Origin: Octopus vulgaris
Taxonomy: Eukaryota
Assembly: GCA_951406725.2 (NCBI GenBank)
Contig: OX597817.1
Span: 54,188,001 to 54,252,000 of the forward strand
DNA: 64,000 nt
Direction of reading: 5' to 3'
Shown here: in pieces, positions 15,243 to 29,679 of the stretch
Layout: each line of letters begins with the position of its first letter
How positions within the stretch are numbered: the first letter of the stretch is position 1
Made by a program: the position numbers and the translations under genes
Notes under the pieces: model-generated
What the model saw: only the letters and a program-made list of their open reading frames with translations
What the model was told of the DNA's origin: nothing
Databases searched by the model: none

Positions 15243-15309
15243 TGATGATAATAATAATAATAATATTGATAATAATGATGATAGTGATGATGCCAATAAT
15301 AATAATGGT

Positions 15310-15359
<50 letters not shown>

Positions 15360-15979
15360 CGTATATACTCGCAATTATATATATATATATATATATACAC
15401 ACATAAATATATATATGTATATTTATATATATATGTGCAAAAACAGGCACAAACACAATCACCCACATACACACACATACACACACATACTCATATATAT
15501 TTATCAAGTGGAAAAAGTAAAGAAAATAAAGGCTAAAGCATGAAAAAAGGACCTGTCGTATTTCTGCCTCCTTGCAAAACTAAAAGAACAGAAACAGAAA
15601 AAAAAAGAAAAAGAAAAAAATAAAGAAAAAATGAAATCAGCGCAGAAACAGCAATATACAAATAACAAACAAAAAATAAATAATCCGTAAAAGAACAAAC
15701 AAACAAACAACAGCCACACACACACTGGGGCAACGTTCTAGAAGAAAGGAAGAAAAGACCAGCGGATTATTGATAAGGTGAAAAAAAAAACGAGTTTCTG
15801 ACGAACTTTGTCCTTCAGCTATTTTATTACCTCCCTATATGGAATATTGGTACTTGTTTACCCGGTTCTTGTACGATTGCACATACACCTCATATGCTCA
15901 ACCACATCCACGCAGGCACACACACACATACACACACAGACACACACATCTCTGTTATTTTGTGCAAATATACATACAT

Positions 15980-16046
<67 letters not shown>

Positions 16047-16149
16047 TGTGTTCACTTATACATACTTATGTTAAAATGTATGAATCTATATCCATCTATA
16101 TATGTATACAAGCATTTACACATATACATATATATATGTATATATCTAT

Positions 16150-16227
<78 letters not shown>

Positions 16228-16649
16228 GCATATATACATATATATATGCATACAATATATAAATATTTATATATATATATATATACACACATATATTTGT
16301 ATACACAGAAACAGACACACACACACACACACGCGCGCACACATATACACACATATATGGATCAAAACAGTTTGATTCCAATCCGTTGGTACTCCGAGTG
16401 TTTCAAGCGTGGTGCTAATCTTCTGCTATTTTGAGTTTGAATAAAAGAAGACGATTATTATTACCGTAAGGTGAGCTGCGATTGGCTGAGGAAGATCACG
16501 TTTTGTCGTGGTTTGATGTTGGTATAACCTTATATCAAGGACGATATTTAGCTGAAAAAAAAACACCGCAGAGTAAAGAGGAAATCGACCACGCATATAT
16601 ATATGCGTGGCACCGTGGGAAAGTTTCTTCTAATATAGCCTCGTGCCGA

Positions 16650-16692
<43 letters not shown>

Positions 16693-16844
16693 CATACATA
16701 CATATATATATATGCATATATATATATATATACATATATGTATATATATATATATATATACACATACATACATACATACATACATATACATATATATATA
16801 TATACATATACACAAATATATATATATATACATATACATATATA

Positions 16845-17749
16845 CAGGGTGTCCATAAAGTCTCTTCACAATTTAAAAAAAATATTACAAAGGTAGTTGA
16901 TGAGATATTTTAACTAGATTTGTTTTATTTTAATAATTCTTTATTGAAGTTTTTATTGATATTAAATTTCTGTGTTTCAGATACTCTGTTGATGGAAGGC
17001 AACTGATTCACTGAACCCCTATAAAATGAGGATGAAACATTCCTCAAGCAAGTTTGTTTTAGTGACGAGGCGACTTTACTTGTTTCAGGGAAATTAAACA
17101 GACACAATTTAAGAATCTGGGGATCAGAACACCCCTATGTGACTAGGGAGCTTCAACGGGATAGTCCAAAAGTGAATGTGTGGTGTGGAATCATGTGTAA
17201 TCGAATAATTGGTCCATTTTTCTTCAACGAGGCAACAATTACTGCAGATGTTTACCTCGACCTTCTGACCGAATATGTGGCACCACAACTGATTGATTTA
17301 CAACCAATCATCATTTTCAGCAAGATGGTGCACCACCACATTGAGGACGGCATGTTCGTCAGTTCCTCAATCAAACATTTCCAGACCGATGGATTGGAAG
17401 GGATGGGCCAATTCCATGGCCACCGCGTTCGCCAGATATCACTCCCTTGGACTTCTTTTTATGGGGTTACGTAAAAGATATCGTGTATCAAACAATGATA
17501 CTTGAGGCAAAGAATTCGTAATGCCATTGCCTCCACTGATTGGGCTATCCTACAGCGAACATGGCAAGAAATCGAGTACCGTCTTGATGTGTTTCGCGCA
17601 AATAATGGTGCTCATATTGAGGTCTATTAAATAAGAGCAAAAAACTTTAATAAACAATTATTACAATAAAACAAATCTGGTTAAGATATCTTGTCAAATG
17701 CCTTTGTAATAAAATGTTAAAATTGTAAGGAGACTTTATGGACACCCTG
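16845..17749 (+). mobile_element. Internally deleted Tc1/mariner element of the DD41D (rosa/Visitor) type
   Basis: TA-flanked TIRs CAGGGTGTCCATAAAGTCTC / GAGACTTTATGGACACCCTG; CFSDEA...QDGAPPH*...WIGR...WPPRSPDITPLDFFLWG with 41 codons between the 2nd and 3rd D; one frameshift and one stop. Confidence 0.93.
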
Positions 17750-17753
17750 TATA

Positions 17754-17822
<69 letters not shown>

Positions 17823-17830
<8 letters not shown>

Positions 17831-18802
17831 CGGAACTATTGGGTTATCATAAGGGAGTGAAAAATCCAAATAGTAATATAATAATAAGAGTAAATAATTT
17901 CTATATATGTGTGAATTACAGGGTTTGTCGTGCCCGGAGTCCAACTTTGATAGAAATAAGCATTCTTGACTGCTATTTCTATTTTTTCGGTATGCGGTCA
18001 AGCAACCTGTTTGCCTGTCCCTTTTTCTTATATACATTATATATACTGAACTTTACAGAAGTTCCTGCCGGTAATCGGCTATATTTACATACCGAATTCT
18101 ACCAGTAAATAATTGGGGTTTTTTTTAAAAGCCTTTATAGAAATTATTTACTCTTATTATTATATTACTATTTGGATTTTTCACTCCCTTATGACAACCC
18201 AATAGTTCCCAATTTTATGGGACTATTTTTGTAGTGCGCATGGCAAGATTTTGGAGGGAAGATTTACGAATTCAAACGTCTATGTAGGTTTAGCTTTTGC
18301 TCACTTTCTTCAAATATTTTGATGTCGCATGGTCAGAAGGTTTGAGGTACGTAGCATTTGATAAATCTATGATAAATCTTTTTCAATGGAAAGCTGTGCT
18401 GAAGAAGGATGTGAAATATATATGCAATGTATATGAAATATATATCAAAAATATATATGAAATATATATTCAATATGTTTATAATCCAGAAACATGATGT
18501 TCACAGATAACCACCAGACTTCGTTTTCGTTATCTATTCCTTCTGTTTTGCATATGTGAATTACAGGGTTTGTCGTGCCCGGAGTCCAACTTTGATAGAA
18601 ATAAGCATTCTTGACTGCTATTTCTATTTTTTCGGTATGCGGTCAAGCAACCTGTTTGCCTGTCCCTTTTTCTTATATACAATATATATACTGAACTTTA
18701 CAGAAGTCCCTGCCGGTAATCGGCTATATTTACATACCGAATTCTACCAGTAAATAATTGGGTTTTTTTTTAAAAGCCTTTATAGAAATTATTTACTCTT
18801 AT

Positions 18803-18810
<8 letters not shown>
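17823..18810. mobile_element. Element with ~255-bp direct repeats (17910-18164, 18555-18810) plus an 83-bp inverted segment (17823-17905 versus 18136-18218); Penelope-like architecture
   Basis: Near-identical repeats read directly; flanked by (TA)n; the class is an inference. Confidence 0.65.
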
Positions 18811-18873
<63 letters not shown>

Positions 18874-18984
18874 AGCTAAGGTTGGACTAGCGTTCCCATT
18901 TACTGGCATTAGTCTTTCAAATTTCCTATGGTTGTAGAGCAAATTTTTCTCTCTGCTAACTCTTCTTGTTCTACAATTCTGGTA

Positions 18985-19425
18985 AAATACAGATTCCAAG
19001 TGGAAGCAAATTGTGTCATTGAGTTTTTGAGAAATGAGGAGGTGTAGGCTTTCCCACATGCTCAGAAGTCTATACCTTCTTTGCGAGGATGACACAGTTG
19101 ATGATAGCAATGTGCACAGACAGATGAAGTTTAAAAGAGGAAGCAGCATTGAAGGCAATCCGTAACAGACCATCAATGCGACCACTGATATATATTGCTA
19201 GCAAATGGAAGAACTGATTGGCGTGGACAAACGATTGTAATCCGACTGCGCATTACTGGAATGTAACCAGAGCACATTATACAAAATGCTGCAAAGATTT
19301 GGATAGTGTAAAGTTTGTGAACCTTGGCAGTTGACGCCCAATTTAAAGAAGCAAAGAGCAGAAGTTGTCTCTCATCTGCTGGAAGTGTTTCAAAGCCAAT
19401 GAGAGCAGAGTTTTCCCGATTTAAT
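18985..19425 (+). pseudogene. Heavily decayed mariner transposase, N-terminal half
   Basis: Across frameshifts: CVIEFLRNEE, DTVDDSNVHR, KFKRG, MEELIGVDKR, KVCEPWQLTPNLKKQR. Confidence 0.65.
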
Positions 19426-20329
19426 GACAGAGGATAAAATGTGGTAAAATCCTAACGATCCAGAAACAAAGGTAGTGTCCAGTAAATGGTTTCACATCTC
19501 TTCTCCAAGGTCTATGCCAGGGATTAGAACAGGAAGACATAGTGATTGTTTAGGGGATGGCAAGATAATCATTTCCCTTGATTTTCTGGAACATAGCTGC
19601 ACCATGAACTGGTCAGGTTACCCGTGAAGTCGCACATGGCTGCTACTGGTAACATGGAATACAGAATAATGTGTTGCATTGTCAGGTCTAAACCGGCACC
19701 GCCACTAGGCTAGCTTTGTAGGGAGAGTTGCTAGAAACCCAGTAGGACAAAAACAAGACGTATCAGTAGGACGGACGAAACCCGTGTAGGGTCAATGACT
19801 ATCTAGCAATAGCATGGGCCCTCAGAAATTCCGGATTGGTGTTCGGGGTGCTGGAAGACCACTGAGAGATTGGTACTCTTTAGCTTTTCTTAAAACATGT
19901 GTCTAGAACCGGCATCAAATCCAGATTGTGTATGATCCGATAATTGGTGGTGATTTGGTCAGCGAGTCTTTTGTGGCGGTCGATAACCGACGGCAAGATG
20001 TGCTGCCATGGATCATGTTATCCCATTATCTTATAATCTCCTGTGGTCCCCGGTCACGTGTATATACGTGACCAAGGACTCCATGCGAACTTGTAACCCC
20101 ACTGAAACTCGAAACATGAACTCGTTGGTCGTAGCCAGTTCAGCCCATCCCGTCTGAATGCCGCTTTTCCGTTTTTATATCCTTAGGTCTGGGTAGATGA
20201 TTTAACGAAACGGAGGTAAAGTAATTTATTCACAAGACCTATTTCGACCAATGATACGCGCCACTCCATCTCTCAGCGAATGCACGTTACTCACTTATAA
20301 GAGACCGATAAGTTTACTTTTTAATCCCT

Positions 20330-20720
20330 CAGGGGTGATATGTCTAACGCGACATATCAAGGTTCATCCAAGGCTGGGACCATGGGCCATAGTCCCCTGC
20401 CCAATTCAGGATCACAACATAAAGGTACACTGCGACACAATTTTTTTTCCTCAACAGACCCTGCCTTGTTTAATATTGTCCCAAAATCGATCAAAGAGGA
20501 AAAGGATCCCATCACCTTTAAACGGAGTCTGGACAGATTTCTTCAAGGAAGACCAGATAAGCCACCCATACCTGGATACAACTCACTCGACAAGAACTCA
20601 CTACTTGAATGAACCATAATACTACAAAACTTAAAAAGGATTTAGATAATCCTATCATGTGGTGCTATTTAGTTAGACATGGCCTGGACCAATCTTTGGT
20701 CGAAACATATCTACGTTTTA
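20330..20720 (+). mobile_element. CR1-group LINE 3' fragment
   Basis: LRHNFFSSTDPALFNIVPKSIKEEKDPITFKRSLDRFLQGRPDKP...NSL aligns by eye to the C-terminus of the 57516 ORF; 3' UTR stem-loop. Confidence 0.8.
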
Positions 20721-20759
20721 TCTAAGTTTTATATGTATTTATATATATAAATAAATATA

Positions 20760-20970
20760 AAGGCGGCGAGCTGGCAGAAACGTTAGCATGCCGGAGGAAA
20801 TGCTTAGCGGCATTTCGTCTGTCGTTACGTTCTGAGTTCAAATTACAGCGAGGTCGATTTTGCATTTCATCATTTCGGGGTCGATCAATTAAGTACCAGT
20901 TGCGTACTGGGGTCGAGCTAATCGACTGCCCCACTGCCCCAAAATTCGAGCCTTGTGCCTAGAGTAGAAA
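20760..20970 (+). mobile_element. SINE family B
   Basis: GGCGGCGAGCTGGCAGAAACGTTAGC head, GAGTTCAAAT B-box, TTTCATCATTTCGGGGTCGAT...AAGTACCAG core. Confidence 0.88.
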
Positions 20971-21140
20971 AAACATACCTACATACATACTTACAAAGAT
21001 AATATGTATAGGTTTATGCATACATGCAAATACATATATATTAAGTATGTATATATGCATATATAATATAGTCACATACATAAGTATATGTTTACATGTA
21101 TGTATTTATATATCACTCGCTTTCTCCTTTCTCCCCGCTC

Positions 21141-21179
<39 letters not shown>

Positions 21180-21785
21180 CATATATAAACCTGGAAGACA
21201 AAAAATAATCTAATAAAAGCGGAACGAAACAAGAACAAACGGAACGAACACAAAACAGAACATAACAAAAGGAAAGAAAAAAAAGACCAACAAAACAAAA
21301 TAACAATAAAAAAGAAAAGTTAAGAAATATTTTAAAAGTGGGGAGGGTGGTGGGTGCTGGTGACAACAATGTTTGTGACATGTTTTCAAAATGAAGGAAT
21401 TGTTGGGAGATGGTAAGGGCGGCCTTGCAAGAAATCATTCTTCGCTTCCTGCTTAATATTCCTTCCCGCCATCCAACAATTTTCTCCAGGTTGAGGAGAA
21501 CCGGAATTTTCTTGCGAGCTTTCTTCTTTCTTTTTGTTTTTTTTTTTTTTGCTTTGGGGTGTGTGGGTACAGTGTGCAATGTGTGTTAGGGGTGTGTCTG
21601 GGATATGGCGTGGCGGTGGCGGTGGCGGTAATGGTGGTGGTACAGGAGGATTTCGTTTTTTATTCTTTGTTATTGATTTGTGTTGAATTTTTTTTTCTAT
21701 TTTGATTATTGCATTCGCAAGAATCACTCTGCAATCTTTTTATAGATGAGGCCGTTAATAAATACGCCAGCACACGGCTGCGAAT

Positions 21786-21819
<34 letters not shown>

Positions 21820-21975
21820 CTATGAATGTACATACATTCTTACATAAGCACACAGGTACACAAACATACACTAACTCATACACACACATATATAAACGCA
21901 TTATATGTATGTATGTATGTATGTATGTATATATATTTATATAATTATATGTTTGTATGTATTTATGTATGTATG

Positions 21976-22020
<45 letters not shown>

Positions 22021-22445
22021 GTGTGTATGTGTGTGTATGTGTGTGTGTGTGTCTGTGTGCGTTAATGAATATGTAGATATACATATGTAAAGAAATACAC
22101 ACACACGCATGCACACGTATATATATATAAGTGTATATGAACATGTATTTGTGTAATATGTACATAAATATATATACAAATATGCATATATGTTTATATA
22201 TATATAGGTGCGTTTATGTAAATCTGTACTTGTGTGTGTATGCATATGTATGTGTTCAAATGACTCCATATGTGTATATGTGTGTATACACATATATACG
22301 TATATATATGCACACATGTGTATATAGTGATGTATATATATATATGCATATATGTACACGAATACAAATATGGTTATGTATGTATGTATGTGTGTATTTG
22401 TGCATTATGCTTATGCGCGTATTGATGTATGCATGAATATATATA

Positions 22446-22507
<62 letters not shown>

Positions 22508-22521
22508 GTAACAGAAAAGAG

Positions 22522-22561
<40 letters not shown>

Positions 22562-22984
22562 GGCATGCCATCTATTTGCATATAAGAAAGGAAAGCAATA
22601 TCAGTCGAGACCATGAAAGAAACAAACGTAAATATGGCAGAAAAGGGGCAGATCACCAGCACCACCTACCGTGGTTCACACGTAACTTTCTTGTAAAGAC
22701 TTCGGGTGTGGGTCACGTGAGTATAATGGGTGGGTGTGGGGGCGGAGATGTTAGTTGGTGGTGAGGGAGAAAATGGAGAAGGAAGGAAGTGTAAGTATAC
22801 TGCGGTCTATGTCTGGATTTGTATGTTTGTGAATATGTATTTGTGTTTGTGTGTGTATATCATGTATATGTGTGTTTATAATCGCGTACACATGCGCGTA
22901 TGCAAATATTTGTTTTTGTATGTTGGAGGGTAATGTACTTAGTTCCTTCTGTACCTATCACTAGGCCTACCTACCAAACTTCCC

Positions 22985-23325
22985 ACCCACCCAACCACCT
23001 ACCTACCTACCTACCTACCTACCTACCTACCTACCTACCTACCTACCTACCTGCCTACCTATCTACCGACTTACCTACCTACCTACCTACCTACCTACCT
23101 ACCTACCTACGCACCAACCTACCTACGTACTTACCTACCTACCTACCTACCTACCTACCTACCTACCTACATACCTACCTACCTGCTTACCTGACCGTCT
23201 ATCTACCTACTTACCAACCTACCTACCTACCTACCTACCTACCTACCTACTACCTACCTACCTACATGCCTACCTGACCGTCTACCTACCTACCTACCTA
23301 CCAACCTGCCTGCCTGTCTACCTAT
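22985..23325. repeat. (CCTA)n microsatellite
   Basis: Direct reading. Confidence 0.95.
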
Positions 23326-24693
23326 ATGTAGTAATATTGTTAGCAGAATAAGTGAGGGTGGTTGTTGTTGAGGTAAGTAGTTTTAGCGGTAGTGGTGATG
23401 TTTGTTGTGGTTGTGGCGGCAGTGGTGATGTTTTCTTTGCTAGTGTTGTTCTTGTATTTAAGCCCAGGTCTGTCCTGCTTCAGCACATCTATGAGATAAG
23501 CCGTTCCGGCTATGACTATCTCATTCATTATTCCGCAATTACCATCTCATCCTTTATCCAACATCATACGATGCAGAATTCCGTTTGAAAGACATTTCTA
23601 TTGCCATCAATTTATTCTACTTAGATTTTCGTATCTTATACCAAATTGTACCTCGTTCACTATGGTACAGCTATATGGATAGCAATTTAATCTCCATATA
23701 ACTAGAAGAACTGCTAAGATTATGGGTTAGTTCAGATCTAGTCGGGGAATATGTAGCATATCGGAGAATAAATTGTCCTTTGAATATCATTGTTATCCAC
23801 GTAGGACATAAAAACCATTGTTATCCACCTTGGACATAAATTACTTTCCGCCATTTGTGTAATTTGTAAATGCGAAGTTCAAAAACCGAAAACATTATTA
23901 CAACGTCATAGAGAATGGCGGAAAACGGAAAATAAAGATAAATTGTAATTCTTTAATCGTCTTACACATGTTTCGGATGGACTAGCAAATTCCAAAAGTC
24001 TGCGATGCCGAAATCATGCATACAAATCGACCCTAAATTTGATCGACTAAAATTCTTCAGCGATAGACAAGCTTAACACAATCCTATCCTTATGAAAGCT
24101 TAACACAATCCTATCCTTATGATAGCTTGAAATAGAGGATATTTTAAGAGAAATAGAAAGTAGTAAACTGACAACATTTGACCAGTTTACAGGGCAGGGA
24201 GGTTTTCGGCAGACGTGTTTATGAATTGTATTTATTAGATCGCACTAAAATTGTAATGATACTTAGGTTTTTCAATCCCAAAGACCAACCGGAAGAATGT
24301 TCATGGCAATATTCAAATACACAAACGTGGTGTGTAGAACAAGACTTCAGTAGATAATTATTTAGATCACGATGGACATGTCGTTTGATCACTATTAATT
24401 CTAAATATATATTGAGCAGAGGAAGACAGTGAGCTAATGTATACATACATATTTATATATAATCCAATATAAGGAAAATAGGCTCGGCTATAGGGATGGA
24501 AACATCCAGTTTTTCGCTGGTTTACCGGGTTAATACCCAATATAGCAGAAAAAATCTTTTTCACAATCCAAATGGATATATATTCAATATACAAAAATGA
24601 AAAGCAAATGGAGATTTACGATTCATATATTTTAATTTATTAACATAATATTATATTATTATCATAATATAATATAATATAATATAGTTATTC

Positions 24694-24921
24694 TAATCCT
24701 ACAATTGTTTCGATTCAGACCCAATAATGAAATTATGAAAATTCATGTTTATGGGTAAGAATCTCACCAGGGAAGTATTTGACAAAAATTCAGATTTTTC
24801 AAGGATCTAAAACTCCTCATATGTAATTTTTGTCAAATATTTCCCTGGTGAGATTCTTACCCAAATACATGAATTTTTATAAATTTATTATTTGGTCTGA
24901 ATTGAAACAATTGTAGGATTA
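24694..24921. repeat. ~97-bp inverted repeat; each arm folds as a hammerhead-like motif with a CUGGUGA core
   Basis: Arms 24694-24790 and 24825-24921; UCC-CUGGUGA-GAUUC[long hairpin]GAAU(C/U)-GAAA-CAAUUG-UA-GGA. Confidence 0.8.
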
Positions 24922-24959
24922 TGATGTTTATATGCATATTATATAATAATAATAATATA

Positions 24960-25285
24960 ATCACTTCAAATTTTTGCCAGAAGGGCAGCTTGGAGGTGGA
25001 TGGGGACGAGTCGATTATATCTACCCCAGCGTTCAACTGGTTTTTATTTTATCAACCCCGAAATATTTAGTTCTTTATTGCCCACGAGGGGCTAAACATA
25101 GAGGGGACAAACAAGGACAGACAAAGGGATTAAGTCAATTACACGACCCCAGTGCGCAACTGGTACTTATTTAATCGACCCCGAAGGGATGAAAGGCAAA
25201 GTCAATCTCGGCGGACTTTGAACTCAGAGCGTAGCCACGGGCGAAATGTTGCTAAGCATTTCATCCAGCGTGCTAGCGATTCAGT
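24960..25285 (-). mobile_element. SINE family B (one long copy plus a tail fragment)
   Basis: CTGGTACTTATTTAATCGACCCCGAAGGGATGAAAGGCAAAGTC. Confidence 0.8.
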
Positions 25286-25371
25286 ACTATAATATGATAT
25301 GTTAATAAATTATGTCAATCGTAAATCTCTATTTTGTTTTCATTTTGTATATATATATATATATATATAGC

Positions 25372-25575
25372 GAGAATTTACAAAAAAAAAAAGACGAAGA
25401 TGGGTGTGTAAACAACAAACATGTGTATTAGTTTAACTCGGGAAGTAAGAAAGTCTTCGACAGAAGGGAACACAGAAATAAACAGAGAGAAATTAGAAAA
25501 GGTTTGGTGGCTAGCGATCTATCATGGTGAATGCCGGACACAGGGGTCACACAGGGGAGATAATAAAGTAGTAGT
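25372..25575 (-). mobile_element. Short repeat family P (Penelope-like terminal repeat), hammerhead partly deleted
   Basis: Matches 45155-45345; deletion between TCTT motifs leaves CUGUCGA. Confidence 0.7.
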
Positions 25576-26875
25576 ATATGTATATGTATACATGTATGTG
25601 TGTGTGTGTAGGCATATGTAAGTACAGAGTTCGATCTTTGTAGTGGCTGCTGGCCTATTATATCCGTCTATAGGGTTATTTTACCTGATTTTCTAAAGCT
25701 GTTTTTACAGCTGTTCGCCTGCATTCGATATTTCCTTCATTTCTGGTTAATACTTACACACAAACACGCACATATACACACATGTATGCGTATCCTATAC
25801 TCTATATTGTTAATATATACCGTAAACATTAGGTTCATATTGTAGAATATTATATTCCAAATTAAATACCATTTGCAGTTTGTATGAAATTGTATATTAG
25901 TAAGAGGTAAGTTCATGGAAAGCAGCAATCTATCGCTTAGAGTAGATTTCTGTTGATCCAAGTTCTCGTTCCTTATGGCAGACGATATCATAAAAATCAT
26001 ATTTAGATTTCTTCTTTTTAGAATTGAGGGCATCTGTGTGTCGACAAAAAAGCAATATTAATTAATTTGTAGTTATTCTCCACTTGTATTTACAGTTCTG
26101 CAGTGTCAATAAGCTGTAGATGCAGAGTAATGCAATTGGTTGGTTGTACTGATTTACGTCAAACAGCCGCACAGTTAAAAGCAATGTCAGATGTTTTCTC
26201 TCTTTTATTAGCAGTCGCAAGAAATCAATACTTGCATTGCAGAGTTTCAATAGTCGCAGACAATAGCAGAGAATCAATAAATACATTTGAATGCTGCCAG
26301 GGTACACAGTTGGACAGCTTCGATAATAGTAAGTTACACTGTCTTAATAGCTGCATCTGTAGCTATTAACACTGTCAATGTACTTAATTTGTTGGTACCA
26401 CTTGCAGTAACCATAACCTGCTATTAAATGCGCCTTCACTGTTGCAACACGATATTAACAATGCACAGTCGTTTCGTACAATGACAATAGCTGCACTCCG
26501 CGACATTGATAAATACTTTTGCCCTGCGTTCAATCGCTAGCACACCACAAAACACAACTGTGCACGCATGTAGACATTTCGTGCATGCGTTTTGAATTGT
26601 TGCACCTGCATCATACAACAAAGTACTCGTACGTTTTAGCGTACAGTAGCAAAACAACTTTAGTAATTATATATATGTATATTGTATTTAGTAAAAACAC
26701 GTTTATTATTGGTTACATGTTCCAAGTGAACCTGCCACTGGTTCGCAGGTTTCACAATGGTGAGAGTTGGAAACATGAGATCGAAACGCATAAGTTGGAA
26801 TAAAAGCCAAAGTTTTCTATTCGACATTTTTGCCCAATATCTAAATAAGTCGTTTACACAGATACATATACAAAG

Positions 26876-26939
<64 letters not shown>

Positions 26940-26978
26940 TTGTGTGTGTGTATGCATATATACATATATATACATACA

Positions 26979-27023
<45 letters not shown>

Positions 27024-27028
27024 CTATA

Positions 27029-27168
27029 ATGTGACAATTATTCGGTTGTCAGAAAAAAACTCCGAGTTTCGGATGTCGGGGCGGGAAACTGCGCCGGCAT
27101 CTCTTCAGTTTCCCGCCCCGATATCCGAAACTCGGAGTTTTATTCTGGCAACCGAATAATTGTCACAT
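27029..27168. repeat. 63-bp-arm foldback; minus strand 27052-27114 folds as a hammerhead-like motif
   Basis: Minus: GGGAAA-CUGAAGA-GAUG..CAUC-C-GAAA-CUC-G-GAG-UU-UUUUUC. Confidence 0.75.
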
Positions 27169-27366
27169 ATTATATTACAGATAAATTCCTCTATTTACAT
27201 AATATCGAGTCTCTTTCATTCTTTTATTGTCTTACACATTACTATTAATAATATATACACATACACACATATACATACATACACATATAGTAGTAACTTT
27301 GAAGATGTACAGCGTTTCAAACTTATCTATTTATATGTACATATCTAAAATGGTTATATGCATGTA

Positions 27367-27436
<70 letters not shown>

Positions 27437-27459
27437 GTTTAAATATTTGTTGTGCATAT

Positions 27460-27498
<39 letters not shown>

Positions 27499-27698
27499 AG
27501 AATATATATATATATATATATGTATATACATATATAAATATATACCTACATATATATACATGTTTATACATACAAACACACCCATATACATGTATATATA
27601 TATATATATTAGTATATTAATGTACCTATCTGTCTGTCTATCTATCTATCCATCTATCTATATACGTGTGCATATATATATATTTATATTTGTAAATC

Positions 27699-27822
<124 letters not shown>

Positions 27823-27838
27823 GTCTGTCTATCTATCA

Positions 27839-27904
<66 letters not shown>

Positions 27905-28296
27905 TTATCTATCTATCTATATAGTTTAACCGTATGCCTTCTAGTGAGATTTCAATTGTGTTGCCAATGCCAGTTGCTATAGCTGCACAACTCCCCGCAT
28001 TTGCATTATGCCCATGCATTTAGTTCTTGCTCTAAGCCATGCATCCACAAAATTAATATCCGCATTTGAACTTGTTCGTGCACAGAGTGCATTCACAACG
28101 TTAATATATGCAATTGCACTTACTGTGACCGTGCATATAACCGTTAATGTTTGAAGGCGTAATTTCAAAGCTACCTCTTCACTTTGTCGTTGCAAGTGGT
28201 TTTTGCATTCGGAATAGTTTCGGATATACGCACTTTTGGAAATGAACAACAGTGTTTTGTAAGTGCACCATAAAGTAGGACAGTCATGAATGCATT

Positions 28297-28406
<110 letters not shown>

Positions 28407-28663
28407 ATGTATATATATATATTTACGTATAAATATATATATATATATATATGCATAATATATATATATGCGTAAATGAATATATATACATTATGTACAT
28501 ATACATAAATACATGGAGATATATATATATATATGCATGTATGTATACATGTAATAGTGTATAAATATACATATGTATATATATTTGTGCATATACACAT
28601 ATATATATATTTGTATGTATATACATGTATACATATATATTTCTACACATACACACACACACA

Positions 28664-28699
<36 letters not shown>

Positions 28700-28704
28700 C
28701 AACC

Positions 28705-28769
<65 letters not shown>

Positions 28770-28780
28770 CATACATACAT

Positions 28781-28832
<52 letters not shown>

Positions 28833-29071
28833 ACACACACATATTTAGATACACGTACAAACATATATGTTTGTCGGCATAAGAGGGGAAGGAGAGAGTG
28901 GGAAAGGTACACAAAGAGAGAGAGAGAGAGAGTGAGAGAGAGTGAGAGTCTGCGATGTAGAAATAGCGATAAAAAAAATAACATGAATAGTGAGATTTAA
29001 AAATTGTACAGACACAGTAATGTGTCTAAAGTCGTGCACGTATAATGCTATTTAAGCATATTACACACAGA

Positions 29072-29119
<48 letters not shown>

Positions 29120-29679
29120 CCGTGCACGGGTATTTGTATATTTGTGTAGCATCCATCAAAAAGACTTGGTTTTATTTCTGTATCTCTTCAGTAATTCTTA
29201 AGTTTTCTTCTTCTTTCCTTACATCATTCTTTTTCTTTGTCTTTCATAGACATTTCTTTCTGTTGGTCCTTCTCTTTTACAGCAGACACTAATTCTTGCT
29301 GCTAATAACTTACGTCATTCATAGTCGTAACAGATGCAAAGAGGAATTTCTTCTTCTTCTTCTTCTTCTTCTTCTTCTTCTTCTTCTTCTTCTTCTTCTT
29401 CTTCTTCTTCTTCTTCTTCTTCTTCTTCTTCTTCTTCTCCCTCTTCTTCTTCATCGTAATCGTCGTCGTCGTCATGATCATCATGATCATCATGATCATG
29501 ATCATCATGATCATCCTCATCATCCTCATCATCCTCATCATCATCATTATCATCATCATCATCATCATCATCGTCATCATCATCGCAATCCTCCTCCCCA
29601 CCCCACCTCCTCTTATCCCTCTCCCTCTTCCACTCCTCCCCACCTCACCTCCTCCTGTCCCACTCCCTCTTCCACTCCT

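Noticed and set aside
19770-19800. GGACGAAACCCGTGTAGGGTC, resembling a hammerhead 3' half
   Set aside because: No CUGANGA core with a matching stem II nearby; more likely a retroelement UTR relic
23790-23840. Two TTATCCAC DnaA-box-like motifs
   Set aside because: Part of a short local tandem duplication in eukaryotic DNA; a similar 27-bp duplication lies at 24069-24123
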